Positions 42,694-50,802 of a stretch of DNA of 61,061 bases are shown piece by piece. Both the position numbers and the translations under genes were made by a program. Under the pieces are notes generated by a model. That model was not told the DNA's origin, made no database searches, and saw only the letters and a program-made list of their open reading frames with translations. The stretch comes from Bacteroidales bacterium (GTDB lineage: Bacteria; Bacteroidota; Bacteroidia; Bacteroidales; F082). Location: contig JAFYUH010000137.1 of NCBI GenBank assembly GCA_017549605.1, forward strand, positions 1 to 61,061. The letters run 5' to 3'. The first letter of the stretch is position 1. The number at the start of each line of letters is the position of its first letter.

Positions 42694-43836
42694 ATGTTGA
42701 AAATTAATAAGATTTTAAATTACTTGATAGTACTTTCCATATTGTTTTTAATAGGTAAAAGCATTTATGATAATAATATAGAGAAGCAAAAACTGAATCA
42801 GCCTAAGTATGAATTCTCCATGTCGTTGGATGAGACGAGAACTGTTTTCCCTTCAGCCGACAGCATAGCGCAGGATGCTGTTTCTTCATATATTGTTTTT
42901 GATAAGCAAGATGTCGTTGGAAAGGTTGTCAACACTTCTCCATATAGTGACAATATTTTCGGCTATAACAGCATCACGCCTCTTACTATTTATATCGATA
43001 AAAATGATAGGATCGTCAAGGTGGAACTTTGTCCTAACAGAGAGTCGCGTGGATATATTAATAATGTAATCAAGAGCGGATTCTTGGAGTCGTGGGACGG
43101 CCTTACTGTTGAAGAGGCGTTGACACATCATGTCGATGCGGTGAGCGGCAGCACTTATTCCTCGACTGCTATTTCTCAGTCGTTGCAGGTCAGGATGCAG
43201 GAACTGACATCTCAGAAAGCGAGACTTCATTCCTGGGATTGGATGCTGTTCGTTAAGCAGATGTGTGTTCTCGCAGTTACTATATTGGCATTGATATGTT
43301 TCTTCAATCCTAAAAAGACCAAGACATTAAGACGCGTGACATTGCTGCTTTCGATCTTGATATTAGGATTCTGGAGCAACTCGCTTCTTTCCTTGGCGAT
43401 GTTTTATAATTGGATTACCAATGGCGTTTCCTTGACGATGCAGTGGGCTGTAATATTCATCGCTGCCGTCTCGATAATCCTTCCTTTGGTGACGAAGAAA
43501 TCATTCTATTGTCAATATTTATGTCCTTTCGGCGCGGTGCAGGAATTTGTCGGGATGATACCAGTGAAGAAGATAACTGTCTCAGCAAAGCTGTATAAAT
43601 TATTCTCTGTTTTAAGAAAGGTGATATTGTTAACACTTATAGTGTTGCTGGCTTTGGGTTTTGGTCTCGATCTTTCTATGACTGAACCATTCAGCGTCTT
43701 CAGTTATCAGTCGATAATATTTGAAGTGGCATTGCTTGCTGCAGTCATAGTCATAGCTTCAATATTCATCAAGAAACCTTGGTGTAATTATCTGTGTCCT
43801 ACGGGAACTGTTTTAAAATTAGGAATGAGGAATTAG
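42694..43836 (+). CDS. FMN-binding domain / ferredoxin-type (NosR/NapH-like) membrane protein
   Basis: 380 aa. It has an FMN_bind-like 'VDAVSGSTYSSTAI' segment, several TM helices and two CxxxCP motifs ('CQYLCPFG', 'CNYLCPTG'). Confidence 0.6.
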   Translation: MLKINKILNYLIVLSILFLIGKSIYDNNIEKQKLNQPKYEFSMSLDETRTVFPSADSIAQDAVSSYIVFDKQDVVGKVVNTSPYSDNIFGYNSITPLTIYIDKNDRIVKVELCPNRESRGYINNVIKSGFLESWDGLTVEEALTHHVDAVSGSTYSSTAISQSLQVRMQELTSQKARLHSWDWMLFVKQMCVLAVTILALICFFNPKKTKTLRRVTLLLSILILGFWSNSLLSLAMFYNWITNGVSLTMQWAVIFIAAVSIILPLVTKKSFYCQYLCPFGAVQEFVGMIPVKKITVSAKLYKLFSVLRKVILLTLIVLLALGFGLDLSMTEPFSVFSYQSIIFEVALLAAVIVIASIFIKKPWCNYLCPTGTVLKLGMRN

Positions 43837-43893
43837 GAATGAGAAATGAATATTCTCTCTAAAACTCCTAACTCCTAATTCCTAACTCCTAAT
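43817..43893. repeat. Hairpin of TTAGGAAT/GAGGAAT words facing CTCCTAA[CT]T words; the left arm encodes the last codons of CDS 42694..43836
   Basis: 'aattaggaatgaggaattaggaatgagaaatgaatattctctctaaaactcctaactcctaattcctaactcctaatt'. Confidence 0.8.
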
Positions 43894-43895
43894 TA

Positions 43896-46040
43896 TTACA
43901 AGTTTGCCTTGAAATATTCTGTAATCTTAGTGACGAGGTGTGCTCTGTCTGGGCCGTATACGTTATGGTCGTGGCCTGGGTATACGAAGTAATCCAATTG
44001 TTTTCCGTTGTGAATACAGTTTTCAACGAATACCAATGAATGTTGCCAGAGAACTACAGGGTCTGTTGTACAGTGGATGATCATCAATTTGCCTTCGAGT
44101 TTTTCTGTCTTGTTTTCGAGGCTTGTGAGTTCATAACCTTCTGGGTTTTCTTCTGGGCTGTCCATATAACGTTCGCCGTACATCACTTCATAATATTTCC
44201 AATCCATCACAGGGCCGCCGGCTGTTGAAACCTTAACGTCTTCTGGGTAGTTGATTTTCATGTTTGTGCTCATGAAGCCGCCGTAGCTCCAGCCGTCTGT
44301 TCCGATGCGGTCAGCGTCTACGTAAGGAAGTGACTTGAGGTAGTCGATGCCGACTTTTTGGTCGCGCATTTCAGCTTGTCCGCATTGACGGTGGATCACT
44401 TGTTCGAAAGCCTCGCCGCGGTCAGCAGAACCTCTGTTGTCCAATGTGAAGACGATGAAACCTTCTTGTGAGAGGTAATGTAAGAATATGCCAGCGCCTG
44501 CTGTCCATGAGTCGGTGATCATCTGTGCGTGAGGACCGCCGTAGACGTAGATGACGACAGGATATTTCTTGTTTTCATCGAAGTTGTAAGGTTTGATAAG
44601 ACGAGTGTAGAGAGTCTGTCCGTCTTCTGCTTTCAAAGTGCCGAGTTCGATAGTGCCGGCGTTATATTCTTTCAAAGGATCTGTAGCTTCGTGTAAACGT
44701 TTGACTTGTTTGCCGTTGGCATCCATGATGTCGATGTTTCTTGCTACATCTGTGCTTGAATATGAGTCGATGAAATATTTTCCAGAAGCGCTTGGTGTCA
44801 CACCGTGAGTTCCGTGTTCTTTGCTGATCTTGACTTTCTTGCCAGTCTTAAGATTTTGCTTGTAATAATGACGTTCCAAAGGACTTTCTTCTGTTGAAGT
44901 GTAATAGATGTTGCCGTTTTTGTCGAAACCTTCGAAAGCAGTGATGACGAATTCGCCTTTTGTGATTTGCTTAGCTTCTTTTGTTATTGTGTTGTGTTTC
45001 CAAACGTGGTAGAAACCATCACGTTGAGCGAGCCATAAGAATTCCTTGTTGTTGTTTGGCAAGAAATGAGCTGGACCGACAGGTTCAACATATTGTTCGT
45101 CTCTGTCTTCGAAGATTGTTTGGAGATATTCGCCGTTCATAGCGTTATATTCATTGAATTGAAGATAATCTTGTCCGCGGTTTAATACGCCGATGTAGAT
45201 TTTTTCGTTGTCTGGGTTCCATGTGATAGATGTGAGATATTGATCAGCAGGACCTTCTGTCTTGACGACTGTCTCTTCACCGTTTACTGTGTTGTAAATC
45301 TTCAATGTTACTTCGTGGCTTGTCATACCTGCCATTGGATATTTGATAGGTTTTGCTTCAGCAACGCGTGTAGTGATGTCTACGAGAGGGTAGTCGCTGA
45401 CCATGCTTTCGTCCATTGAATAGTAAGCGAGTTTGCTGCCGTCTGGTGACCAGAAGATACCGCCGTTGATAGCGAATTCGTTACGGTGGACTGACTGACC
45501 TGCGATTACGTTAGCAGCGTTGTCTGTTACTTGCACTTGCTTGTCGCCATCAGCATAGTATAAGTTGTTGTCGATGGTGTAAGCAACTTTCAATGATGGA
45601 GTTGTTATTGTGTGGTTTTCTGCGTTTGAAGGAACTGCTGTGACTTTCTTGATGTTCTTTGCTTTTATGTCAAGAAGGTTGAGGTCTACGCAGTTGTTTT
45701 CCTTGTTAAAGCTGTAATAATAAGCCTTGCTTGCATCGAGCCAAGTGAGGTTTGGAAGACGAGTGATGCTGTCCATTCCGGCTGCGTTTAAGTAAGAGTT
45801 GACTTGGTCTAGTGTTAACAAGACGCTTGCAGTTTTAGCGTTAACATCTTGAACCATAAGGTTGCTGTTTTCTGTGAAGACGTATTTGTCTGTGCCAGTC
45901 AACCAGTTGACGCTTTTCCCTACAGGATATATGCTGCGGTTCTGATAAGCGGCATCCATAGGGGTAAGCATTTTCTTTTCCTGAGCAAATGATGATAATG
46001 CTACAGAAATCAATGCGATTAATAACAATGTCTTTTTCAT
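43896..46040 (-). CDS. Dipeptidyl-peptidase IV (S9B prolyl oligopeptidase family)
   Basis: 714 aa with a signal peptide, a beta-propeller N-terminal half, the nucleophile elbow 'GWSYGG', and C-terminal Asp/His ('TTDPVV', 'GHDHNV'). Confidence 0.88.
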   Translation of the reverse strand: MKKTLLLIALISVALSSFAQEKKMLTPMDAAYQNRSIYPVGKSVNWLTGTDKYVFTENSNLMVQDVNAKTASVLLTLDQVNSYLNAAGMDSITRLPNLTWLDASKAYYYSFNKENNCVDLNLLDIKAKNIKKVTAVPSNAENHTITTPSLKVAYTIDNNLYYADGDKQVQVTDNAANVIAGQSVHRNEFAINGGIFWSPDGSKLAYYSMDESMVSDYPLVDITTRVAEAKPIKYPMAGMTSHEVTLKIYNTVNGEETVVKTEGPADQYLTSITWNPDNEKIYIGVLNRGQDYLQFNEYNAMNGEYLQTIFEDRDEQYVEPVGPAHFLPNNNKEFLWLAQRDGFYHVWKHNTITKEAKQITKGEFVITAFEGFDKNGNIYYTSTEESPLERHYYKQNLKTGKKVKISKEHGTHGVTPSASGKYFIDSYSSTDVARNIDIMDANGKQVKRLHEATDPLKEYNAGTIELGTLKAEDGQTLYTRLIKPYNFDENKKYPVVIYVYGGPHAQMITDSWTAGAGIFLHYLSQEGFIVFTLDNRGSADRGEAFEQVIHRQCGQAEMRDQKVGIDYLKSLPYVDADRIGTDGWSYGGFMSTNMKINYPEDVKVSTAGGPVMDWKYYEVMYGERYMDSPEENPEGYELTSLENKTEKLEGKLMIIHCTTDPVVLWQHSLVFVENCIHNGKQLDYFVYPGHDHNVYGPDRAHLVTKITEYFKANL

Positions 46041-46057
46041 AGTATTGTATGTATTTT

Positions 46058-46088
46058 GATTATGAATTATGCATTATGAATTATGAAC
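46058..46088. repeat. TATGAAT/TATGCAT heptamer run overlapping the PcrB-like gene stop
   Basis: 'gattatgaattatgcattatgaattatgaac', the same words as at 36181..36211. Confidence 0.8.
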
Positions 46089-46802
46089 TGCGTCTGCGAA
46101 TTCCTGAAGTCTGTCGATGCTCTTTTCCAGGGCGTTGCCTACGACGATGATGTCTGCTCCTGCTTTGGCTGCAATCGCGGCTTTTTCTGGAGTGTTGATG
46201 CCGCCTCCGACGATGAGAGGAACCTCGATGGTATGTTTTACCTTGCAGATCATCTCGGCTGAGATAGGGTCTGTCGCACCTGAGCCGGCATCCATATAAA
46301 TGAGTTTCAAACCTAACATCTCGCCGGCAAGAGCTGTACACATCGCGATGTCATCTTTGTCGTGAGGGATAGGAGTGGTGTTGCTCATATATGAAACAGA
46401 TGTCGGTTTGCCGCCGTCAATAAGCATATAGCCTGTTGGAATTATCTCGTTGCCGTAAAGCTTGAGGTAAGGTGCTGCGATGACATGACGTCCGATGAGC
46501 ATTTCCGAATTACGTCCTGAGATTAAAGAAAGTAATAAGAAACCGTCGCACCATTTGCTTATCTGCAATGAATTGCCGGGGAATATCAAAACAGGAATGT
46601 CACAATGACTCTTGATCAATTTTATGCAATTGTCCAAGCTGTCTGTCGTTAACAGACTTCCTCCGACAAAGAAAAAGTCAACACCGACTTTTTTAGACTT
46701 CTCTACAATGTCGATGATTTCATTGTCGCTAGGTTTGTCAGGATCGATCAGAACTACAAATTTCTTTTTGGAAGTATCTGATAATCGGTTGTATATATTC
46801 AT
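46074..46802 (-). CDS. Geranylgeranylglyceryl/heptaprenylglyceryl phosphate synthase family (PcrB-like)
   Basis: 242 aa TIM-barrel pattern: 'FFFVGGS', 'IFPGN', 'YMDAGSGA', 'VGGGI'. Confidence 0.75.
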   Translation of the reverse strand: MNIYNRLSDTSKKKFVVLIDPDKPSDNEIIDIVEKSKKVGVDFFFVGGSLLTTDSLDNCIKLIKSHCDIPVLIFPGNSLQISKWCDGFLLLSLISGRNSEMLIGRHVIAAPYLKLYGNEIIPTGYMLIDGGKPTSVSYMSNTTPIPHDKDDIAMCTALAGEMLGLKLIYMDAGSGATDPISAEMICKVKHTIEVPLIVGGGINTPEKAAIAAKAGADIIVVGNALEKSIDRLQEFADAVHNS

Positions 46803-46880
46803 GTTTATAAGAGTTGAAATAGTTTACGAAGATAAGATTTTTTTCTTTATGAAAAGAGAATTATTTTTTAATTTTGCACC

Positions 46881-48005
46881 ATGTCTGGAATTTACATTCA
46901 TGTCCCTTTCTGCAAAAGCAAATGCGCTTATTGTAATTTCTTTTCTCTCGTCACCGAGAAGAAGGTCGATGACTATGTTGAAGCTTTAAAAAAAGAGATA
47001 GTCGACCGCAGGTCTTATCTCGGTGATGAACTTGTCGAAACGATTTATTTCGGAGGTGGAACGCCGTCGTTGCTCCCGACTAAATATGTAGAGGAAATAT
47101 TGGAACTTTTGCATAAGAATTATAACATTATTTCCACTCCAGAGATAACTTTAGAAATAAATCCTGATACTATAGACAAAGAGAAAATGTTTGCCTTGAA
47201 ACAGCTGGGCGTCAATAGGATGAGCATCGGCATTCAAAGTTTTCATGATGACGATTTGAGATATCTCGGAAGACGTCACGACTCTCGTCATGCGATGCAG
47301 GTTCTGGAGGATTTGAAGGCTGTGGATTTCGAGAAAATAACCCTTGATTTGATCTATGGCATGCCGACTCTGACGGAAGAGAAGTGGAATAAAAATCTCG
47401 ATATTTTCTTCTCTACAGGAATAACTCATCTCTCGGCTTACGCCTTGACAGTTGAGCCGAAAACCATCTTGGGACAGAAAATAGAAAAAGGTGAATTACA
47501 AGGCGTTAGTGAAGAGGAAACAATACTCCATTATGATGTTTTGGTTGAGAGAACGAAGGCAAACGGCTTTGAACATTACGAGATTTCCAATTTCGCAAAA
47601 GATGGTTGCCGCTCGCAGCATAACAGCATTTACTGGAAAGATGTGAAATATCTCGGACTAGGACCGTCGGCTCATTCTTACGACGGAAACTCTCGCCAGT
47701 GGAATGTCTCTAACCTGACGAAATACATACAGCTTGTGGGAAATTCAGAGGAATATTACGAAAAAGAAATCCTTACTCTTGATGATAAATTCAACGAATA
47801 TGTCATGACTTCGTTGAGGACGTCTTGGGGTTGCGACATTGAAAAAATAGAGAGAGATTACGGAAGATCATACGCCAGTCATTTCTTGAAAAATGTTAAG
47901 AAATATTTAGAAATGGGAGAGATGTTAAAAGATATTAACACTTATAAACTTACAGATGAAGGAATGCTCTTCGCTGATGGCATAGCAGCGGAATTGTTTG
48001 TTTGA
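46881..48005 (+). CDS. hemW: Radical SAM heme chaperone HemW (HemN-like, oxygen-independent coproporphyrinogen oxidase family)
   Basis: 374 aa. It has the CxxxCxxC cluster 'HVPFCKSKCAYCNF' and a HemN_C-like tail. Confidence 0.85.
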   Translation: MSGIYIHVPFCKSKCAYCNFFSLVTEKKVDDYVEALKKEIVDRRSYLGDELVETIYFGGGTPSLLPTKYVEEILELLHKNYNIISTPEITLEINPDTIDKEKMFALKQLGVNRMSIGIQSFHDDDLRYLGRRHDSRHAMQVLEDLKAVDFEKITLDLIYGMPTLTEEKWNKNLDIFFSTGITHLSAYALTVEPKTILGQKIEKGELQGVSEEETILHYDVLVERTKANGFEHYEISNFAKDGCRSQHNSIYWKDVKYLGLGPSAHSYDGNSRQWNVSNLTKYIQLVGNSEEYYEKEILTLDDKFNEYVMTSLRTSWGCDIEKIERDYGRSYASHFLKNVKKYLEMGEMLKDINTYKLTDEGMLFADGIAAELFV

Positions 48006-48016
48006 ACTCTGAACAA

Positions 48017-48095
48017 GTACAGACGTGTCAATGATGTATTTTTTATCAAAATCAGATTACTTTATTTATAAACTACATCATTGACGTGTCTCTAC
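48017..48095. mobile_element. 79-bp MITE/REP-like palindromic element PE-1, copy b (opposite orientation)
   Basis: 'gtacagacgtgtcaatgatgta ... tacatcattgacgtgtctctac'. It matches the reverse complement of 21442..21520 at 76 of 79 positions. Confidence 0.6.
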
Positions 48096-48131
48096 AATCC
48101 GAACTCTGACTCAGACACTGACCGCTGATAG
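48096..48131. repeat. CTGAC-type word run abutting PE-1b
   Basis: 'aatccgaactctgactcagacactgaccgctgatag'. Confidence 0.55.
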
Positions 48132-48226
48132 TATTTTAATTTTACACTAATGTTAAACATTACACTTTTTTTCTTAATTTTACGAACGAGAAATAATAAG
48201 AATACAAACTTTGCAAGTCTTTATTT

Positions 48227-48946
48227 ATGAGTAGATTCCGTAAAATTATAACTATTTTTCTATTAGTTATAGGCTTCGCTATTGCCACTTTTGAATTTTA
48301 CAGAACCATACGTTATGCAGTTGATGCTTCCTTGAACCAGTTGTATTCTGGTTATTTATGGATGGCAGTTGGCTTTATAGTTTATCTTATTTTCCATAAA
48401 TTTTTCTTTAGAAAGAACATTGACATCATGCAGACGATGTCGCACGAAGGCGCTCATATGCTTGTAGGCGCTCTCTTCTTGAGAAGGAAAATCTATCAGT
48501 TCAATGCAAAGTCATCAGACGCTCTTTCATACGGCGACAACACTCTCGGATTTGTCAGCAGTTCAAGAAATGGCAATAGAATCAGCATTATGTCAACGCT
48601 GGCTCCTTATATGCTTCCTTACTTGACATTCTTGTTACTTTTTTTCCGTCTTATGATCAAAAATGAATGTCTCCCGATAATAGATGTCATCATTGGCTTC
48701 TCATTGATGTTCTATATCTTGTGCTGGAAAAAAGACACACGCCGCGACCAAAGCGACATACAGCTTTGCGGAGTTTTCCTCTCTTATCTTTATATCGCGA
48801 CATTCCTGCTCTTAAACATATCATTGATCATCTATTCATTAAGTGGCGGAATCTCTGAACCTATGAATATCATCGATGCTGTTAAACATTATTTCGTACA
48901 GACTTGGAACGACATCTTGATGCTCGTGGATTTAGTTAGGAATTGA
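48227..48946 (+). CDS. Membrane protein with HExxH-like motif (putative M50B/zincin-like)
   Basis: 239 aa with about 5-6 TM helices and 'SHEGAHML'. The family is uncertain. The terminal codons 'VRN*' lie in the word TTAGGAATTGA. Confidence 0.4.
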   Translation: MSRFRKIITIFLLVIGFAIATFEFYRTIRYAVDASLNQLYSGYLWMAVGFIVYLIFHKFFFRKNIDIMQTMSHEGAHMLVGALFLRRKIYQFNAKSSDALSYGDNTLGFVSSSRNGNRISIMSTLAPYMLPYLTFLLLFFRLMIKNECLPIIDVIIGFSLMFYILCWKKDTRRDQSDIQLCGVFLSYLYIATFLLLNISLIIYSLSGGISEPMNIIDAVKHYFVQTWNDILMLVDLVRN

Positions 48947-48986
48947 GGACAAAGTCTGTTGTCTGTTGACTGTTGTCCGTTGACTT
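48947..48986. repeat. GTTGTC/GTTGAC heptamer words after CDS 48227..48946
   Basis: 'ggacaaagtctgttgtctgttgactgttgtccgttgactt'. Confidence 0.75.
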
Positions 48987-49022
48987 AAAAAAAGAAAATA
49001 TTAACATCAAATAAATAACAAA

Positions 49023-50654
49023 ATGAAAATTAGAAACTTAGTAATGATTTTAACTTTAGGTGCAGTTACAATGAGTTGCGCTGATTCTAAAAAACAAGAA
49101 ACAAACTATGCTGACCTTACAAAGCAATATGCAAAGGTTCAGTTGACTTCAGACATCACTCATTTGTCAGACAATGAGAAACAAATGTTGAACTATCTCT
49201 ATGAAATCGGTAATATCATGGATGATATTTTCTGGACACAACAATTCGGTGGCGACAAAGAAGCTTTCTTGAACTCAATCCAAGATCCAGACGCTCGTCT
49301 CTTCGCTGAAATCAACTATGGTCCATGGAACCACTTCGACAACCTCGCTTCTTTCCTTCCTGAATACGGCGAAATGCCAGCAGGCGCAGGTTTCTATCCA
49401 GCTGACATGACAAAAGAAGAATTCGAAGCATGGGACAACCCTGACAAGACAAGTCTCTACACTTTAATCAAACGCGATGAAAACGGTCAGTTACAAGCAG
49501 TTTGGTTCCACGACGCTTACGCTGAACAAATCAACAGAGTCGCTGAATTGTTGAACAAGGCTGCTGACCTCGCTGGCGACAAAGAATTTGCTGACTACTT
49601 ACGCCTCAGAGCTAAGGCTGTCTTGACAGACGATTATTTCGAAAGCGATATGGCTTGGATGGACGTCCGTAACAATAACGTTGACTTCGTTGTTGGTCCA
49701 ATCGAAAATTATGTTGACGCTCTCTATGGCTACAAAGCAGCTCACGAAGCATTCATTTTGATTAAAGACCAAGCATGGAGCAAACAACTCGCTCGCTATG
49801 CAGAACTTCTTCCTTTGTTACAAACACAACTTCCTGTAGCAGAAGAATATAAACAAGAAAAACCAGGTGCTGACGCTGACCTCGCTGTTTACGATGCTGT
49901 ATTCTACGGCGGCGACTGCAACATGGCTGGCAAGACTATCGCTATCAACTTGCCTAACGACGAACAAGTTCAACTTCAAAAAGGAACTCGTAAGTTACAA
50001 CTTAAAAACGCTATGAAAGCTAAGTTCGACCATATCTTGGCTCCTATCTCAGACGTCCTCATGACTCCTGAATCACGCGCTAACGTTAAATTCGAAGCTT
50101 TCTTCGCTAACGTTATGTTCCACGAAGTCGCTCACGGCATGGGTATCAAAAACACTCTCGATGGTAAAGGTACAGTACGCCACGCTCTTAAAGAACAATA
50201 TTCAGGTATCGAAGAAGCAAAAGCTGACATCTTGGGTCTTTACTTGATTACAAAACTTCACGAAATGGGCGAGTATAACAACTCAACATTGGAAGAAAAC
50301 TATACAACATTCATGGCAGGTATCTTCCGTTCAGTACGTTTTGGTGCTTCAAGTGCTCATGGTAAGGCTAATATGTTAACTTTCAACTTCTTGGAAAAAG
50401 AAGGCGCTTTCACACGCAATGAAGAAGGCTTATATGCTATCAACTTCGAAAATATGAAAGTGGCTGTTGCTAAACTCGGCGGCGAAATCCTCAAGGCTCA
50501 AGGCGACGGTAACTATGAATTCGTAAAAGAATGGATCGCTACAGAAGGCGTTATCAAGCCAACTCTCCAAGCTGACCTCGACAAAGTCAACGGCATGGGC
50601 ATCCCAACAGACATCTATTATGAAATGTCTCCAGAACTTCTTATTGGAAGATGA
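49023..50654 (+). CDS. M49-like (dipeptidyl-peptidase III-type) zinc peptidase, predicted lipoprotein
   Basis: 543 aa. A lipobox-like 'GAVTMSC' follows the signal peptide. Pentapeptide zinc motif 'HEVAHG' and, downstream, 'EEAKAD' match the second M49 motif (EExxAE/D). Confidence 0.6.
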   Translation: MKIRNLVMILTLGAVTMSCADSKKQETNYADLTKQYAKVQLTSDITHLSDNEKQMLNYLYEIGNIMDDIFWTQQFGGDKEAFLNSIQDPDARLFAEINYGPWNHFDNLASFLPEYGEMPAGAGFYPADMTKEEFEAWDNPDKTSLYTLIKRDENGQLQAVWFHDAYAEQINRVAELLNKAADLAGDKEFADYLRLRAKAVLTDDYFESDMAWMDVRNNNVDFVVGPIENYVDALYGYKAAHEAFILIKDQAWSKQLARYAELLPLLQTQLPVAEEYKQEKPGADADLAVYDAVFYGGDCNMAGKTIAINLPNDEQVQLQKGTRKLQLKNAMKAKFDHILAPISDVLMTPESRANVKFEAFFANVMFHEVAHGMGIKNTLDGKGTVRHALKEQYSGIEEAKADILGLYLITKLHEMGEYNNSTLEENYTTFMAGIFRSVRFGASSAHGKANMLTFNFLEKEGAFTRNEEGLYAINFENMKVAVAKLGGEILKAQGDGNYEFVKEWIATEGVIKPTLQADLDKVNGMGIPTDIYYEMSPELLIGR

Positions 50655-50765
50655 AAATTGAAATTTGAAAACTGAAATTAATTAGCCGTGAGCTATGGGC
50701 AGTGAGTCGTGAGCATATTGTGTTCAAAGCTCAAAACTCAAAGCTCATGGCTCAAAGCATAAAAA
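50655..50765. repeat. Three word families in series: TTGAAA[AT], GTGAGC, GCTCAAA
   Basis: 'aaattgaaatttgaaaactgaaattaattagccgtgagctatgggcagtgagtcgtgagcatattgtgttcaaagctcaaaactcaaagctcatggctcaaagc'. Confidence 0.75.
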
Positions 50766-50802
50766 ATAATCTAAATAATAACATTCTAAATTATACAAAA
50801 AA

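Noticed and set aside
46869-46876. TAATTTTG as a -7 promoter box for hemW
   Set aside because: It ends only 4 nt before the ATG, too close for the usual -7 box to transcription start to start codon geometry, so I did not call it.
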